Assembly: GCA_000965745.1 (NCBI GenBank)
Contig: CP009479.1
Coordinates: forward strand, 704,001 to 768,000
Source: an uncultured archaeon
Lineage (GTDB): Archaea; Thermoplasmatota; Thermoplasmata; Thermoplasmatales; Thermoplasmataceae
Length of the DNA: 64,000 bases
Reading direction: 5' to 3'
Each line of letters opens with the position of its first letter. Position 1 is the stretch's first letter. This document shows, in pieces, positions 30,547 through 41,410 of this stretch. The notes under the pieces were generated by a model. It saw only the letters and a program-made list of their open reading frames with translations, was not told the origin of the DNA and ran no database searches. A program made the position numbers and the translations under genes.

Positions 30547-30704
30547 TATGCAGTCATATTCTGTCTATTATTAATGATTCCTGCAGAACACCGTATGCAA
30601 CGCACCTTCCACACTCCCCGAGATGAGATAATCTGTTTGCCTGATAAGAAAATAGTATTTTGTAATCTCATAGAAAATTAATAATTGGTCGGGTCAATTC
30701 TGCG

Positions 30705-31222
30705 ATGATAAGAGTGAAAATTCTTTGGCTGTCCCATCGTGATATAAGACACCCGAGAGCCGGTGGTGCAGAACTAACAATATATGAAGTTGGTAAGAGA
30801 CTTGTTGCCGATGGTCATAAAGTAAACTGGATAACTCCTAGACCTATTGCAAGCCCAAAAAAAGAGTTAATTGATGGGATAATAATAAGCAGAATTGGTG
30901 GGAATTTAATTGTGCATGTAGCATCTATAATTTACATTCTAACTATGCGCCAAGATTATGATATCATAATTGATGACATGGGCCATGCAATGCCTTGGTT
31001 TTCAAGACTCATCACTAGAAAACCTGTCATCGTATATTTCAGACACCGGCATTCCAGAACCTTGAAAGGACAGGTGAACAGAATATTGGCGAGTTTTCTT
31101 ACCTTGATGGAGAGGGGGTATAGAATCTTCTATAGAGGATGCGCTTTTGTGACAGAGTCTGAAAGCTCCTTGCAGGATTTGATATCGATGGGAATTCCAG
31201 AAACGAAAATATTTCTTAATCC
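30705..31222 (+). pseudogene. GT4 glycosyltransferase truncated by an IS3 insertion
   Basis: Only the N-terminal domain (HPRAGGAE) is present. The IS end starts at 31223 and the C-terminal domain is not found downstream. Confidence 0.8.
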
Positions 31223-31685
31223 TGTGCTGGCCCCTTAAATAATTGGACAACATTGGCTTATAGTAATAGAAAAGTATATATAGGGGGGTTCTAGGGGGAA
31301 ATGACTCGCAGATACTGGAAAGCGGAAGAGAAACTGGCACTCATCAACGAGATCAAAGAAAGCGGACATGTCGTTGAAACCTGCAGAAAATATTCTGTGG
31401 ATCCATCCATGTTCTACCGTTGGAAACAGGCCTTCGATGCACTAGGCATGGATGGGCTCAGATCCCGTACAAGGTCCTTGGAACCAGGCCTCAGAAAGCT
31501 GAAGAAGGAGAACGAGAGATTGAAGAAGATGCTTGCAGAGAAGGAACTGGAGGTATCACTGCTCCAGGAAGCATATAAAAAAACGAGGAGGAAACCGCGT
31601 TGATCAATGAGTATGCTGGACGTGGGCTCTCAACGACCAGAATCCTGGAACTTCTAAGGATACCACGGAGCACATTCTATCATAC
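31223..31685 (+). mobile_element. Truncated IS3-family element (left end, orfA, start of orfB), no intron
   Basis: TGTGCTGGCCCCTTAAAT end matches the 8623 end. Same TAT-A7 slippery site; orfB similarity stops after about 30 codons. Confidence 0.85.
31301..31603 (+). CDS. IS3 transposase OrfA
   Basis: Closely similar to 6331-6636. Confidence 0.85.
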   Translation: MTRRYWKAEEKLALINEIKESGHVVETCRKYSVDPSMFYRWKQAFDALGMDGLRSRTRSLEPGLRKLKKENERLKKMLAEKELEVSLLQEAYKKTRRKPR

Positions 31686-31726
31686 AAAAATTCATATTAC
31701 TTTAAGAATATAAACGTTCGACTATA

Positions 31727-32521
31727 TTGGAATCGCAAAACCTTGCTGCTCAAGAATTTGAGCTTCCTGCTAATGTTTCTATAATCATTCCAGCATACAA
31801 CGAAGAAGAACGGATCGGGCCTGTCCTAAACGAAATCCTGGATTTTTGCAAACTAAATTCCTTGAATTTGCAAGTTATAGTATCCATCGACGGTGATGAC
31901 AGCACTGAGCAGATTGTATCCGATTTGTTTGATGATGGAATGAATACTCTTGCCATCGTAAATAGAAAGAGAATGGGCAAGGGAAGGGCGATCAAAAGAG
32001 CCCTGGAGTTTGCAGAAGGAGATTACGTGATATTGATGGACGCAGATGGATCGGTGAGCTTCAAAGACCTGATTGACCATTTTCCACTAATTTATGATCA
32101 CGACTTGGTGAATTTTAACCGGTACCTGGATGTAAGTAACTCAATACCACCATATAGGCGTTTCTTCAGCAGAGCATTCAACTTTCTAGTCAAAGGTTTC
32201 CTGGGAATCAAGATAATCGATACCCAGTGCGGGTACAAGATAGCAAGAAAGGACAGATTAGTGGGGCTGTTCAGGAAGGTAACCATATCAAACGCATTCT
32301 TTGACGTCTTCGTCCACTACTATGCAAAGAGAGAAAACTACATCGTAAAGGAGGTGCCAATCCACTACACGCACGGCGAAGGGAGCACCTTCAACATTGC
32401 TGCCCTGATTTTCAGTGGCCTAATCTCCCTGGTAGCCATAATGATAAGAAACTCACCACTCTGGAAATACATTCCGAAGAAGGTGGAAGAGCTTTACTAC
32501 GAAAAATTCTCTGAATTCTGA
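31727..32521 (+). CDS. Polyprenyl(dolichyl)-phosphate glycosyltransferase, GT2
   Basis: IIIPAYNEE, GKGRA, MDADGS and DTQCGYK motifs. Confidence 0.88.
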   Translation: MESQNLAAQEFELPANVSIIIPAYNEEERIGPVLNEILDFCKLNSLNLQVIVSIDGDDSTEQIVSDLFDDGMNTLAIVNRKRMGKGRAIKRALEFAEGDYVILMDADGSVSFKDLIDHFPLIYDHDLVNFNRYLDVSNSIPPYRRFFSRAFNFLVKGFLGIKIIDTQCGYKIARKDRLVGLFRKVTISNAFFDVFVHYYAKRENYIVKEVPIHYTHGEGSTFNIAALIFSGLISLVAIMIRNSPLWKYIPKKVEELYYEKFSEF

Positions 32522-32542
32522 CCCTGTTCACGTTCAGCCACG

Positions 32543-33958
32543 TCAGGAATTTTTCTCAATAAGTGTGATATTATACTCATTGTCAACAATGTGATACCGT
32601 CCACTGTTTAGCAGAGACTGGAACTCGGATTGGAAGTTGGATATGACGTTTCCGGAAATATGAACACCATCGAAGTAATAGTAGCTGTAAGGATCACTTA
32701 AGGCATACTGGGGAAGATCGGTATGGTTGAGCTGATAAGGAAGGATCCAGTGGTATCCGTTGGTGAGCTGAGGCATATTCCCCTGTATAAGGACTGTTGA
32801 ACCTTTTGGTATCAGGGAAATCATCTGGTTCAATGCATTATCCTGGTTCGTGACCGTAATCTGGTTGGGTGCGTTGTATCCATCATTGATGCCGGTAGCA
32901 ATGTTGCCCAGTGGTGAGAGGAGTGATGCGAGCAGTATATTGATCAAAAGAATAGCCGCGGCGAGATGCTTTGCCTTCAATCTTCTGAAAGACGGGATCT
33001 TTTTGAATTTCCTCATCCCGTAGACCGCCGAAGTGAAAATTATGGGTGCAGTCAATGCAGGATACTGGTAAAACATGGGTGAGTAAAAGGGGTGGTAACT
33101 GTAACTGAAAACGAAGAGTACATACGGTATTATCAGGAGAAGAATTCGTATCTCCAGGAATGAAAGAAACAGCACAGGCAAAAGAAGCCAGAAGAAATAC
33201 TCTGCTTTCAGGGGCAAATCTGCCGATAGAGAGGAGAAAAACCCTGCAGAGAATGGCCTGTTCATCCAGTTATAAATGTATGCAGGACCGAAGTACAGTG
33301 CTATCAAGACCAATACTGCAAATGAAAATAAAAGCGCTACCAGAATATATCTTGTTATCAGAGGATCTCTTTTCCTCTTGGATGGATAGAGCATATAGCA
33401 GACTCCCATGAACAGCATAATAATTGGAACGAGGAGATCTGTCAGGGTCGCTAAGAACATGAAGAGCAGCAAATATCTTTTCCTTTCGTATACGAGAAAC
33501 ATTATTCCAAAGAGGAAGAAAGTCGGGAACAGGGCCATGTAGTGGAAGTCAAACCAGTAAACCCCCCCTAACGGGAAATATACAAGATACGCCAGCGACA
33601 TCGCAACGGACGCGAATTCGTCACCCAATACCTTCTTCCCGATCTTATAAAGAGGAAAAGCACCTATCGAGATCCAGAAACTCTGGAATACTAGGAGCGT
33701 TCTGGGATCAGGGTATAAGTTGTAGAAAGGTGCGATTAGGAGATAGATGAGCTTGTTTACAGCAAGATTGCCTGAAGAGAAATCCGGGTGGAACACACCG
33801 TATAGAAGGCTTGAATTCACCCCCAGGTCAAGCACATCAGCGTTGAATGCATCATACCTCATTACGGATATGAACGACCAGATGGAGGAAAGTGCCAGGA
33901 TAGCACAAAGGATGGTTAATGTGCCGCGTCTGTTATAGGCAACCTCCTTCCAACTCAT
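32543..33958 (-). CDS. DUF2079-like membrane protein (GT-C-like)
   Basis: DLG, LLVFQS and FDFH motifs; many TM segments. Confidence 0.75.
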   Translation of the reverse strand: MSWKEVAYNRRGTLTILCAILALSSIWSFISVMRYDAFNADVLDLGVNSSLLYGVFHPDFSSGNLAVNKLIYLLIAPFYNLYPDPRTLLVFQSFWISIGAFPLYKIGKKVLGDEFASVAMSLAYLVYFPLGGVYWFDFHYMALFPTFFLFGIMFLVYERKRYLLLFMFLATLTDLLVPIIMLFMGVCYMLYPSKRKRDPLITRYILVALLFSFAVLVLIALYFGPAYIYNWMNRPFSAGFFSSLSADLPLKAEYFFWLLLPVLFLSFLEIRILLLIIPYVLFVFSYSYHPFYSPMFYQYPALTAPIIFTSAVYGMRKFKKIPSFRRLKAKHLAAAILLINILLASLLSPLGNIATGINDGYNAPNQITVTNQDNALNQMISLIPKGSTVLIQGNMPQLTNGYHWILPYQLNHTDLPQYALSDPYSYYYFDGVHISGNVISNFQSEFQSLLNSGRYHIVDNEYNITLIEKNS

Positions 33959-34038
33959 CGGGAATCGTATAGAGGGGATGTATTAATTTATGTGCTGTCG
34001 AATAGGGTCATAAAATCTACAACATAGGTTCTAAATGC

Positions 34039-34959
34039 TCAGATATCCACTACCTTGTCCATCCCCTTAAAAGTAAAGTAGGCTGGTCTGGGGGTATAAT
34101 CACTTTTGAGGAGCCCAAAGGAATGGTCGAAGTCGGGTACCCAGTCCCTGAACTCGTACCAGAATATGTGTTGTATACCGAAAGAAGAGAGCATCGGATA
34201 TACTGCATTTATGTAGGCTACCGGGTCCAGGTCATACGGCATTCCGGTTTCAGTCACCCACATAGCCTCATTGCCGACAATTCTTTTAAGATGGGATATT
34301 GCAGACCGGTAACTCAGTTCAGTAATCTGGGCGTTTGAAATGGTTGAGTAAAGATGTATGGAAACAGCATCACAATAGTGCAGAATGCCCATTGAAACTA
34401 GTGCCTCCACCCATGCCTGGTCAAGAATATTGTTGTCAAGTATTCTTATGCCGCCAAATGCTATCACTTTCATAGAAGAATTAACAGATTTTATGATCTC
34501 ATAAGCTGACTTTACCATTTTATAATACAATGATGCCTTGAAGTTATTCTCCTTGCCCGATGGGATTGAAACCCTCGGCTCGTTGAGTATCTCCCATGCT
34601 GATACGTTTCCGTCATAATTTGTGGCGTATTTTTCCACGGTGCTGTTCCATTTGTCAAGTTGTTTTGGGCTTGTTACGTTCATCTCAATGATCCCGAGCA
34701 CTTTGATTCCAGCTGAACTCGCCATTGAAACAGATTTTCCGAATGTGGGCCAGGTATCCAGCCTTACCCAGGTGAAATTTGCATCAGAAATCATTACAAC
34801 ATCCTTGGCTGTTAGGTTGTGCACTGAAACTCCGGAGATGGCTTCGACTTTAGAGATATTAGGAGGTTCTGAATTGCTACTCAGTTCAGAGGAGATGAGA
34901 ATGACTAAGATAAAAATAATCAGTAAAGCTGATATCATGGTAGAATCTTCCATTCTCAT
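34039..34959 (-). CDS. Membrane-anchored/secreted clan GH-A glycoside hydrolase
   Basis: N-terminal hydrophobic anchor; WEILNEP, SIHLY, WVTETG and FGLL motifs. Confidence 0.82.
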   Translation of the reverse strand: MRMEDSTMISALLIIFILVILISSELSSNSEPPNISKVEAISGVSVHNLTAKDVVMISDANFTWVRLDTWPTFGKSVSMASSAGIKVLGIIEMNVTSPKQLDKWNSTVEKYATNYDGNVSAWEILNEPRVSIPSGKENNFKASLYYKMVKSAYEIIKSVNSSMKVIAFGGIRILDNNILDQAWVEALVSMGILHYCDAVSIHLYSTISNAQITELSYRSAISHLKRIVGNEAMWVTETGMPYDLDPVAYINAVYPMLSSFGIQHIFWYEFRDWVPDFDHSFGLLKSDYTPRPAYFTFKGMDKVVDI

Positions 34960-35338
34960 TATTGAATAAATCAGGCAATATTCTTAACCTGAGATTATTA
35001 AAAATAAGGTTTCTTAATCAATAGACGTTAGTGCGATCTTCCCCGTGATTTTGGATGTTTTTGCACATCTTCTACCTATGTTACTACTTCTCTCTTTTTC
35101 ATTTCAAACATCCTTTTGAATGATGAATCAATCAGCGACATCTTCCTGAAATCTCTATGTTTTTTAATTCCTCTGGTGAAAGATTATTTAACATTCGTTA
35201 AAGAGTAAAGAGGATTTCGAATAACATCCCCAATCACTGTAAATGCCGGATCATAATTCCTCAATTTTGTCGGTTTAGAATTCCCCAGGATCGCCGGTTT
35301 AAAATTCCCCATGTGTTTGATAGAGAACGTGGTGAATT

Positions 35339-36535
35339 TTGCTCGGCAGTGAGGGGTGGAGAATGATAAGGAACATGCTGGACAAAGGCTTCAGTATATC
35401 TGAGGTCTCAAGGCAACTGGGAATAGACAGAAAGACGGTGAGGAAGTATGCAAAGAGCGACGGTATTCCCACCACAAAGCCGCGCGTTGGAAGAAGTTCG
35501 AAGCTCGATCCTTACAGGGACAGTATCAGGGAGCTGGTGGACAGATATAACCTGTCCACAGTCAGGATACTCGAGGAGATCCGCAAGCAGGGATACGACG
35601 GAGGAAGGACAATCCTCGGAGATTACTGTTACACACTCCGCAAGGATCGAAGGGTACAGGCTGTGTACCGTTACGAGACAGATCCTGGAAAACAATCACA
35701 AGTGGACTTCGGAGAGTTCGGGCACATCGAGATCGATGCAAAGAGGAAGAAGCTGTACGCATTCAGCATCATCCTGGGATACTCAAGGATGCGCTATGCC
35801 GAGTTCACCACCGATATATCCACGGAGAATGTCATTAAAATGCACATGAATGCCTTCCGCTTCTTTGGAGGATACACTGACACCATCCTCTTCGATAACA
35901 TGAAACAAGTGGTCCTCGAGAGGAGGATAAAGGCCTCCGAATCCGTCTTCAACATGAAGTTCAGGGATTTCTCGGAATACTATGGATTCATCGTGCGGCT
36001 GTGCTTCCCCTATCGTGCCCAGACCAAGGGAAAGATCGAAAACACGATCAAGTATCTGAGATACAATTTCTGGGCCGGTAGAACATTCACATCCCTTGAT
36101 GACATGAATGCACAGTGCCTGCAGTGGCTTAAACGAGTGAATTCCCAGATACATGGCACAACGCACCAGATTCCAATGGACCTCCTTGCAATGGAGAAGC
36201 TAAACCCTGTAGATCGTGCACCGGAATACTTCACCCGCAAAGAAGAAACACGCAAGGTATCCAGGGACTGCTATGTCTCATGGAACGGCAATCGATACAG
36301 CGTGCCCTGGATCTATGCAGGAAGGGAGGCACTGGTGACGGAGGAATCGACCCTGAGGATCCAGGTTGATTCCCATGTCATAGCGGAGCATGACATCCTT
36401 CCTGGATCGGGAAGGATATCCAGAAAGAAGGAACACTTCGAAGGCCTTCTCAAGGCCATAAGGTCTGAGAACCTCACAGCCTTCGAAACGCTTGTGGAGA
36501 AACGCGATCTGTCAAGGTATGAGGAGGTGTCATGA
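35339..36535 (+). CDS. istA: IS21 transposase
   Basis: HTH, ETDPGKQSQVDF, FDNMK and QTKGKIE motifs. Confidence 0.93.
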   Translation: MLGSEGWRMIRNMLDKGFSISEVSRQLGIDRKTVRKYAKSDGIPTTKPRVGRSSKLDPYRDSIRELVDRYNLSTVRILEEIRKQGYDGGRTILGDYCYTLRKDRRVQAVYRYETDPGKQSQVDFGEFGHIEIDAKRKKLYAFSIILGYSRMRYAEFTTDISTENVIKMHMNAFRFFGGYTDTILFDNMKQVVLERRIKASESVFNMKFRDFSEYYGFIVRLCFPYRAQTKGKIENTIKYLRYNFWAGRTFTSLDDMNAQCLQWLKRVNSQIHGTTHQIPMDLLAMEKLNPVDRAPEYFTRKEETRKVSRDCYVSWNGNRYSVPWIYAGREALVTEESTLRIQVDSHVIAEHDILPGSGRISRKKEHFEGLLKAIRSENLTAFETLVEKRDLSRYEEVS

Positions 36536-37293
36536 TGGACTCATACGAAAGAGTTCATGAGCACCTTGCCAGCCTAGGTCTTGACGTCATGGAAAAGACC
36601 ATTGACAACTACCTGGAAAATGCGCATGATAAGAGTGTCCTGGAAGTACTTGACCACCTGCTTTCCGAAGAGGTCAGGAGCAAGCGATCAAAGAGATATG
36701 ATACCAAGCTGAAGTACGCCGGATTCCCGTTCAGAAAAACCATGGATGAATTCGATCTCTCCTTTCAGCCGTCCATAGACAAATCAGTGATCAATGACCT
36801 GATGACCCTGAGGTTCATACACAACAGGGAGAACCTTGTCTTCCTGGGTCCTCCGGGTGTCGGGAAGACCCACCTCTCTGTTGCAATAGGAATGCACGCG
36901 CTGCAATCGGATATTTCTGTGTACTATGTGTCAGCGGTGAAGCTTGTCCAGGCACTGAGGAAGGAATTCATGAAAGACAGCCTGAACACACTGCTCAGGA
37001 AATACGCAAGGTATCCTCTCATGATCATTGATGAGATAGGATACCTCCCGTTGAACAGGGAGGAATCAAATCTCCTGTTCCAGCTGGTATCGTACAGGTA
37101 TGAGAAATGTTCCACCATATTCACCTCGAACAAGTCTTTCTCGGAGTGGGGTGAAGTTCTCGGTGATCAGGTAATGGCATCCGCTGTTCTCGATCGAGTA
37201 TTGCACCACAGCATCGTGGTGAACATAAGAGGAGATTCATACAGGCTTAAGGACCGGAGGAAGGGCAACCCTCCTCCATACAAAAAGGTGTGA
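36532..37293 (+). CDS. istB: IS21 helper ATPase
   Basis: GPPGVGKT, IIDEIGY and LDRVLHH motifs; ATGA overlap with istA. Confidence 0.94.
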   Translation: MMDSYERVHEHLASLGLDVMEKTIDNYLENAHDKSVLEVLDHLLSEEVRSKRSKRYDTKLKYAGFPFRKTMDEFDLSFQPSIDKSVINDLMTLRFIHNRENLVFLGPPGVGKTHLSVAIGMHALQSDISVYYVSAVKLVQALRKEFMKDSLNTLLRKYARYPLMIIDEIGYLPLNREESNLLFQLVSYRYEKCSTIFTSNKSFSEWGEVLGDQVMASAVLDRVLHHSIVVNIRGDSYRLKDRRKGNPPPYKKV

Positions 37294-37372
37294 AAGAAAA
37301 TGAGTGAAATTATAAATATGGGTGGGGAATTTTATTCCGTCATTATTGGTGAAAAATCAACCGGCATTTACA

Positions 37373-37871
37373 AGTACAGGGAAGAGCAGCTCCTCGTCAT
37401 AGAGGATGATGCTTCCAGATACATCGTCGGTTTCGGATCATTCGAATCTGCAACAACGGAGAACAGCCTCATTGTTCTCATGAAGGCAACAGAAGAGCAC
37501 GAAAAACCCAGGGAAGTCATGACAGATCATGGTACACAGTTCTTCTCAAACGGGAAGAACGGCGAGCCCGGAGGTCCAAATGAGTTCCAGAGATTCCTTG
37601 AATCAGAGGGAATAAGGCACATCCTCGCAAGGGTGAAGCATCCCCAGACAAACGGCAAGCTGGAGAGGTTCAACGGTACACTGAAGGGATTGAGGAAGCA
37701 CTTCGGCACCTGGGAGGAAGTTGTGTACTATTACAACAACGAGAGGAGGCACATGTCCCTGAGCGATAAGGAAAGGCCAGTAGTAACACCTGCAATGGCA
37801 TATCAGGAGAAGATGAACAATGGCAAGGAAGAAGAGGCAGTATAAAAAGAAACAATACTCAGGATATCACA
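37373..37871 (+). pseudogene. C-terminal remnant of an IS481-like transposase plus right end
   Basis: DDASR, TDHGTQF and HPQTNGKLERF motifs, ending ...GGATATCACA; the N-terminal half is replaced by IS21. Confidence 0.75.
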
Positions 37872-38075
37872 AATATATGTAGACAAAGAATCGGTATTAC
37901 AAAACTATAATGTGGAGAAATTACATACAAAATAGATATAATTCCATTATAGTTTAAATGGCGCTAATTGCTGGAATGAAGTTTTCGTAAAACGAACAAA
38001 TTAGACATTTTTATTGGCTTTAAATGATAACTAACTTAAACAGCAAAGATATTAACTCGAAACTTGAGAGATTAA

Positions 38076-39602
38076 ATGAATGAATCGTCTACACAGAAAT
38101 CCATTGGTTTCGATGCACTATATCAATATGCGGGAGTAAGCGTTCAGGTCATTTCTGGAGCGGTCTTCTACTTAGCCTTGACAAGGTTGTTTACTACTTC
38201 TCAAGTAGGGGCCATCGCACTATTTGTTGCGATCAATGGACTGTTTAATATAGTCTTCCAATTGGGCCTTGGAAGAGGGGCACAACACTTTATCTCCTAC
38301 TATATCGGTAGGCATGATTTACGTTCAGCAAAAAAGGTATTGTTAAAGATAGTATCATACGGATTCATTTTTTCGATTTTAAGCTATATTGCAATTTACT
38401 TATTATCTGGAGACATCTCGCTTCTGTTGCTAAAGGATGAACGCATTCATCTTGCAATTCTCCGTCTTTTAGGCATTGTGGTTTTTGGAAATGTTTTGTT
38501 CGGAGTCCTGAACTCTTCACTACTAGGACTTCAAAAATTCAAATTATCAGCAATTATCAATATAATCGTGTGGACCTGTTACTATCTCATAGCTTTTGTT
38601 TTTGCATTTATTGGAGGATCTCTACTCTATATTATATTGGGGTGGGTTGTTGGAATTCTGGCCGGGGTAGCTATCGAATTTGCATCAATAATAAAAATTA
38701 TTTCTTCCTACGCAGGTGGTGGAAATTCCACTCCGAGTCGTGTTATTTTCTATTATTCTATTCCTGTGTTTCTGTTTTCTATCACGAGTTTTGGTGCCTC
38801 TTACGCTGATCGCTTCATTGTGGCTGGGTTTATGGCATTATCCCAACTTGGCATCTATAACATTGCACTCCTCATTTCAAGCTCGATAAATTTTATCATA
38901 ACGCCTTTTGGAAATATACTTCTTCCAAAATTTTCTGAACTTTATGGATTGGGAAAAAAGGACGCTATTAGAAACAATTTTCGGGTAGCTTCTCTTCTTC
39001 TTTCCTATGTATTTGTCCCTGCCGCTCTTGGGGTGATTTCTATTTCTGGACCTTTGATATCCACTCTAGCGGGAGTTCGGTATGTTGGCGCTATGTGGCC
39101 CCTTGACATCATCATGTTTTCGGCTGCTTTATTTGTAGTTTTCAACATATCCATACAGGCGCTCGCATCGATTCGAAAAACTAGGGTATTAATTTTTACA
39201 AGTTCCTCATCATTCACGATAAACGTTTCCTTATCGCTACTACTGATTCCGTCATTTGGAACAATCGGAGCAGCAGTTGGTTACATTTCAGTATATGTGA
39301 CGAATTTCTTCACGTTGTTTTATTTTGCACATAAGTATGAGGTCTCTTCTATAGACTTTAAAGGATTGACTAAGATATGGATATCCTCTCTTGCTATGTT
39401 CTTTTTTCTCAAAGGGGTAACCTTATTAGCCCCATATCCTCCTTACCTAATCCCAATTTATATACTAGGAGGATTAATTATTTATATTCTTTTAGGAAGC
39501 ATAATGAAGATTTTTGTAGACCAGGATAAAGAGTTAGTTATTTCCCTATTCCCGATCAGAAATTCGAGAATAAGGAGTTTCTTGACTTTACTTTTGAGAT
39601 AA
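38076..39602 (+). CDS. Oligosaccharide flippase (Wzx/MOP family)
   Basis: About 14 TM segments; ADRFIV...LGIYNIA, LLPKFS and FGTIGAA motifs. Confidence 0.88.
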   Translation: MNESSTQKSIGFDALYQYAGVSVQVISGAVFYLALTRLFTTSQVGAIALFVAINGLFNIVFQLGLGRGAQHFISYYIGRHDLRSAKKVLLKIVSYGFIFSILSYIAIYLLSGDISLLLLKDERIHLAILRLLGIVVFGNVLFGVLNSSLLGLQKFKLSAIINIIVWTCYYLIAFVFAFIGGSLLYIILGWVVGILAGVAIEFASIIKIISSYAGGGNSTPSRVIFYYSIPVFLFSITSFGASYADRFIVAGFMALSQLGIYNIALLISSSINFIITPFGNILLPKFSELYGLGKKDAIRNNFRVASLLLSYVFVPAALGVISISGPLISTLAGVRYVGAMWPLDIIMFSAALFVVFNISIQALASIRKTRVLIFTSSSSFTINVSLSLLLIPSFGTIGAAVGYISVYVTNFFTLFYFAHKYEVSSIDFKGLTKIWISSLAMFFFLKGVTLLAPYPPYLIPIYILGGLIIYILLGSIMKIFVDQDKELVISLFPIRNSRIRSFLTLLLR

Positions 39603-39668
39603 CATCACTCTTTGTTTATTCTGATTTCTTTATCATAGTGGATGAATCTAGGAGACTTGACCGAAAAC

Positions 39669-40885
39669 TAGATTATCGTTCGCTTAATAATTAGTCTATT
39701 ATTATATACCATCTTTTCATATCTTATGGATATAAATGGTGTTCAGGAGGAATTTTCCGAAACCGAAGTTCACTGAAGAACAGCTTGCAGATCTTGGAAA
39801 GATAAGGAATTCAAGGAGCGAGGAAAGAAGGCGTGTAATCAGGGCAGGAATAATTCTTGACTACATCGCTGATCTCAGCGACGAAGTCATAGCAAGGAAG
39901 AACCATGTAAATAAGAACACCGTAAAGAACACCCTCTCCAAGTTAAGAGAATTCGGCGTTGATTCTGCTCTTGCTGATCTTCCAAGGCCAGGAAAGCCAC
40001 GCAGGATCACCGACGACGATAAGGCATGGATCCTGAATCTTGCCTGCACAAAACCATCGGAACATGGATATCCCAATGAACTCTGGACATATTCCCTGCT
40101 CACATCCCATGCAAGGATGAGCAGGCCATCATTGAGAGACGTGAGCCGTTCCACAATTCACGATATACTGACACTTGCAGCGATCAGGCCGCACAAGATC
40201 CGGTATTACGTAGAGAACAGGGATGAGGATTTCGAGAACAAGATGGCAACCATTCTTCATGTTTACAAGGAGGTCGAAATTATCAACTCCGGATCTGCAG
40301 AGGATGACCTGAAGGATACCATAACAATATCATTCGACGAGAAGCCTGGAATACAGGCACTGTCACTGAAATCTGAGGAGCTTCCTCCTGTTCCCGGAAA
40401 ATACCCATCTGTAACGAGGGATTATGAATACAGGAGACTGGGCACGTTATCACTTCTTGCAGGATTGAATCTTCACAGTGGAAAGGTTACGGAGATTACC
40501 TCCAGAACACACAATAGCGACGACTTCATAAGATTCCTGAAGAAGCTTGATTCCTCATATCCAAAAGAGATAACCCTGAGGCTGATCCTGGACAACCTCA
40601 GGGTTCACACATCAGAGAAGACAAGGAAGTATCTCGCAACCGTTCCGAACAGGTTCGTGTTTGTGTTCACCCCCAAACATGGATCATGGCTCAACATCGT
40701 TGAAACGCTGTTCAGCAAGATCACAAGGACACTCCTGAAAGAGATAAGAGTGAAGAGATTTGAAGAGCTCAAAGAACGCATAGACCAGTATTTCGATGAG
40801 CTGAACAGGTCACCAGTCATATTCAGGTGGACCTACAAAATGGATGAAACTGTAATAGCATAGAAATTAAGAGAACGCTCATCTA
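39669..40885 (+). mobile_element. IS630-family IS, copy 2
   Basis: Same length (1217 bp) and identical translation to copy 1. Confidence 0.93.
39736..40863 (+). CDS. IS630-family transposase
   Basis: Identical protein to 2995-4122. Confidence 0.93.
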   Translation: MVFRRNFPKPKFTEEQLADLGKIRNSRSEERRRVIRAGIILDYIADLSDEVIARKNHVNKNTVKNTLSKLREFGVDSALADLPRPGKPRRITDDDKAWILNLACTKPSEHGYPNELWTYSLLTSHARMSRPSLRDVSRSTIHDILTLAAIRPHKIRYYVENRDEDFENKMATILHVYKEVEIINSGSAEDDLKDTITISFDEKPGIQALSLKSEELPPVPGKYPSVTRDYEYRRLGTLSLLAGLNLHSGKVTEITSRTHNSDDFIRFLKKLDSSYPKEITLRLILDNLRVHTSEKTRKYLATVPNRFVFVFTPKHGSWLNIVETLFSKITRTLLKEIRVKRFEELKERIDQYFDELNRSPVIFRWTYKMDETVIA

Positions 40886-40889
40886 GTAG

Positions 40890-41410
40890 TCTATGCCGAC
40901 CCATCCAGACCAAGAAAGGAATGCAAGTAGGGGTGGTTGCTCAGTATTGATATCATAAGATTCTGTATTTCTATCCTTAAATTGATTTGTTTGTCGATGG
41001 GGGCGCATTGGTCCGTTGTTCTGGATGGGGTCGACTGCGGCAGCAATTACACTTTGAATTTGTCTCAATATGATAAGGGAATTGCCTCTCCTGCCTTTTT
41101 ATTTACTATGGGTCGAAGTTCAAGAGCTTCCTCAAATGTACTCGCAAGGAGAAATTTATTTGCCAACGCTTTGTAATTCACAAATGTTCCTGCATATCCA
41201 AGTACTCTCCTTGCATCAGCTATCATTTCCAACTTCTCTTCGGTCCACAAACTAAGAGTTCATTTCCTTAAATAGTTCATGAAACGGCTCTTCACATTTG
41301 TATGTGGAAGATTATATATGTCAGTAAAAGAGGCATTCCTTCCAGTTTTGGACATCAACCTTGTAAGTTTCATCTACTTTTCAACAATATTTTCATGAAG
41401 TTGTACCCTC
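40890..41410 (-). pseudogene. Degraded gene of unknown function
   Basis: One frame reads as protein-like text broken by several in-frame stops (MKLTRL...YLRK*TLSLWTEEKL...IPLSY*DKFKV*...). Confidence 0.35.

Larger units (their letters stand above)
35238..37372 (+). mobile_element. IS21-family IS
   Basis: IRs TGTAAATGCCGG / CCGGCATTTACA; subterminal repeats CGGTTTARAATTCCCCA x2; no target duplication. Confidence 0.92.

Noticed and set aside
35140-35169. Second C/D sRNA (ATGATGA...CTGA)
   Set aside because: Only one C/D pair, no internal boxes or terminal stem; the region looks more like a decayed gene end.
37300-37845. 181-aa ORF as a functional transposase
   Set aside because: It is a chimera. 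The first 24 codons come from the IS21 end, and the IS481 part lacks its HTH and first catalytic Asp.
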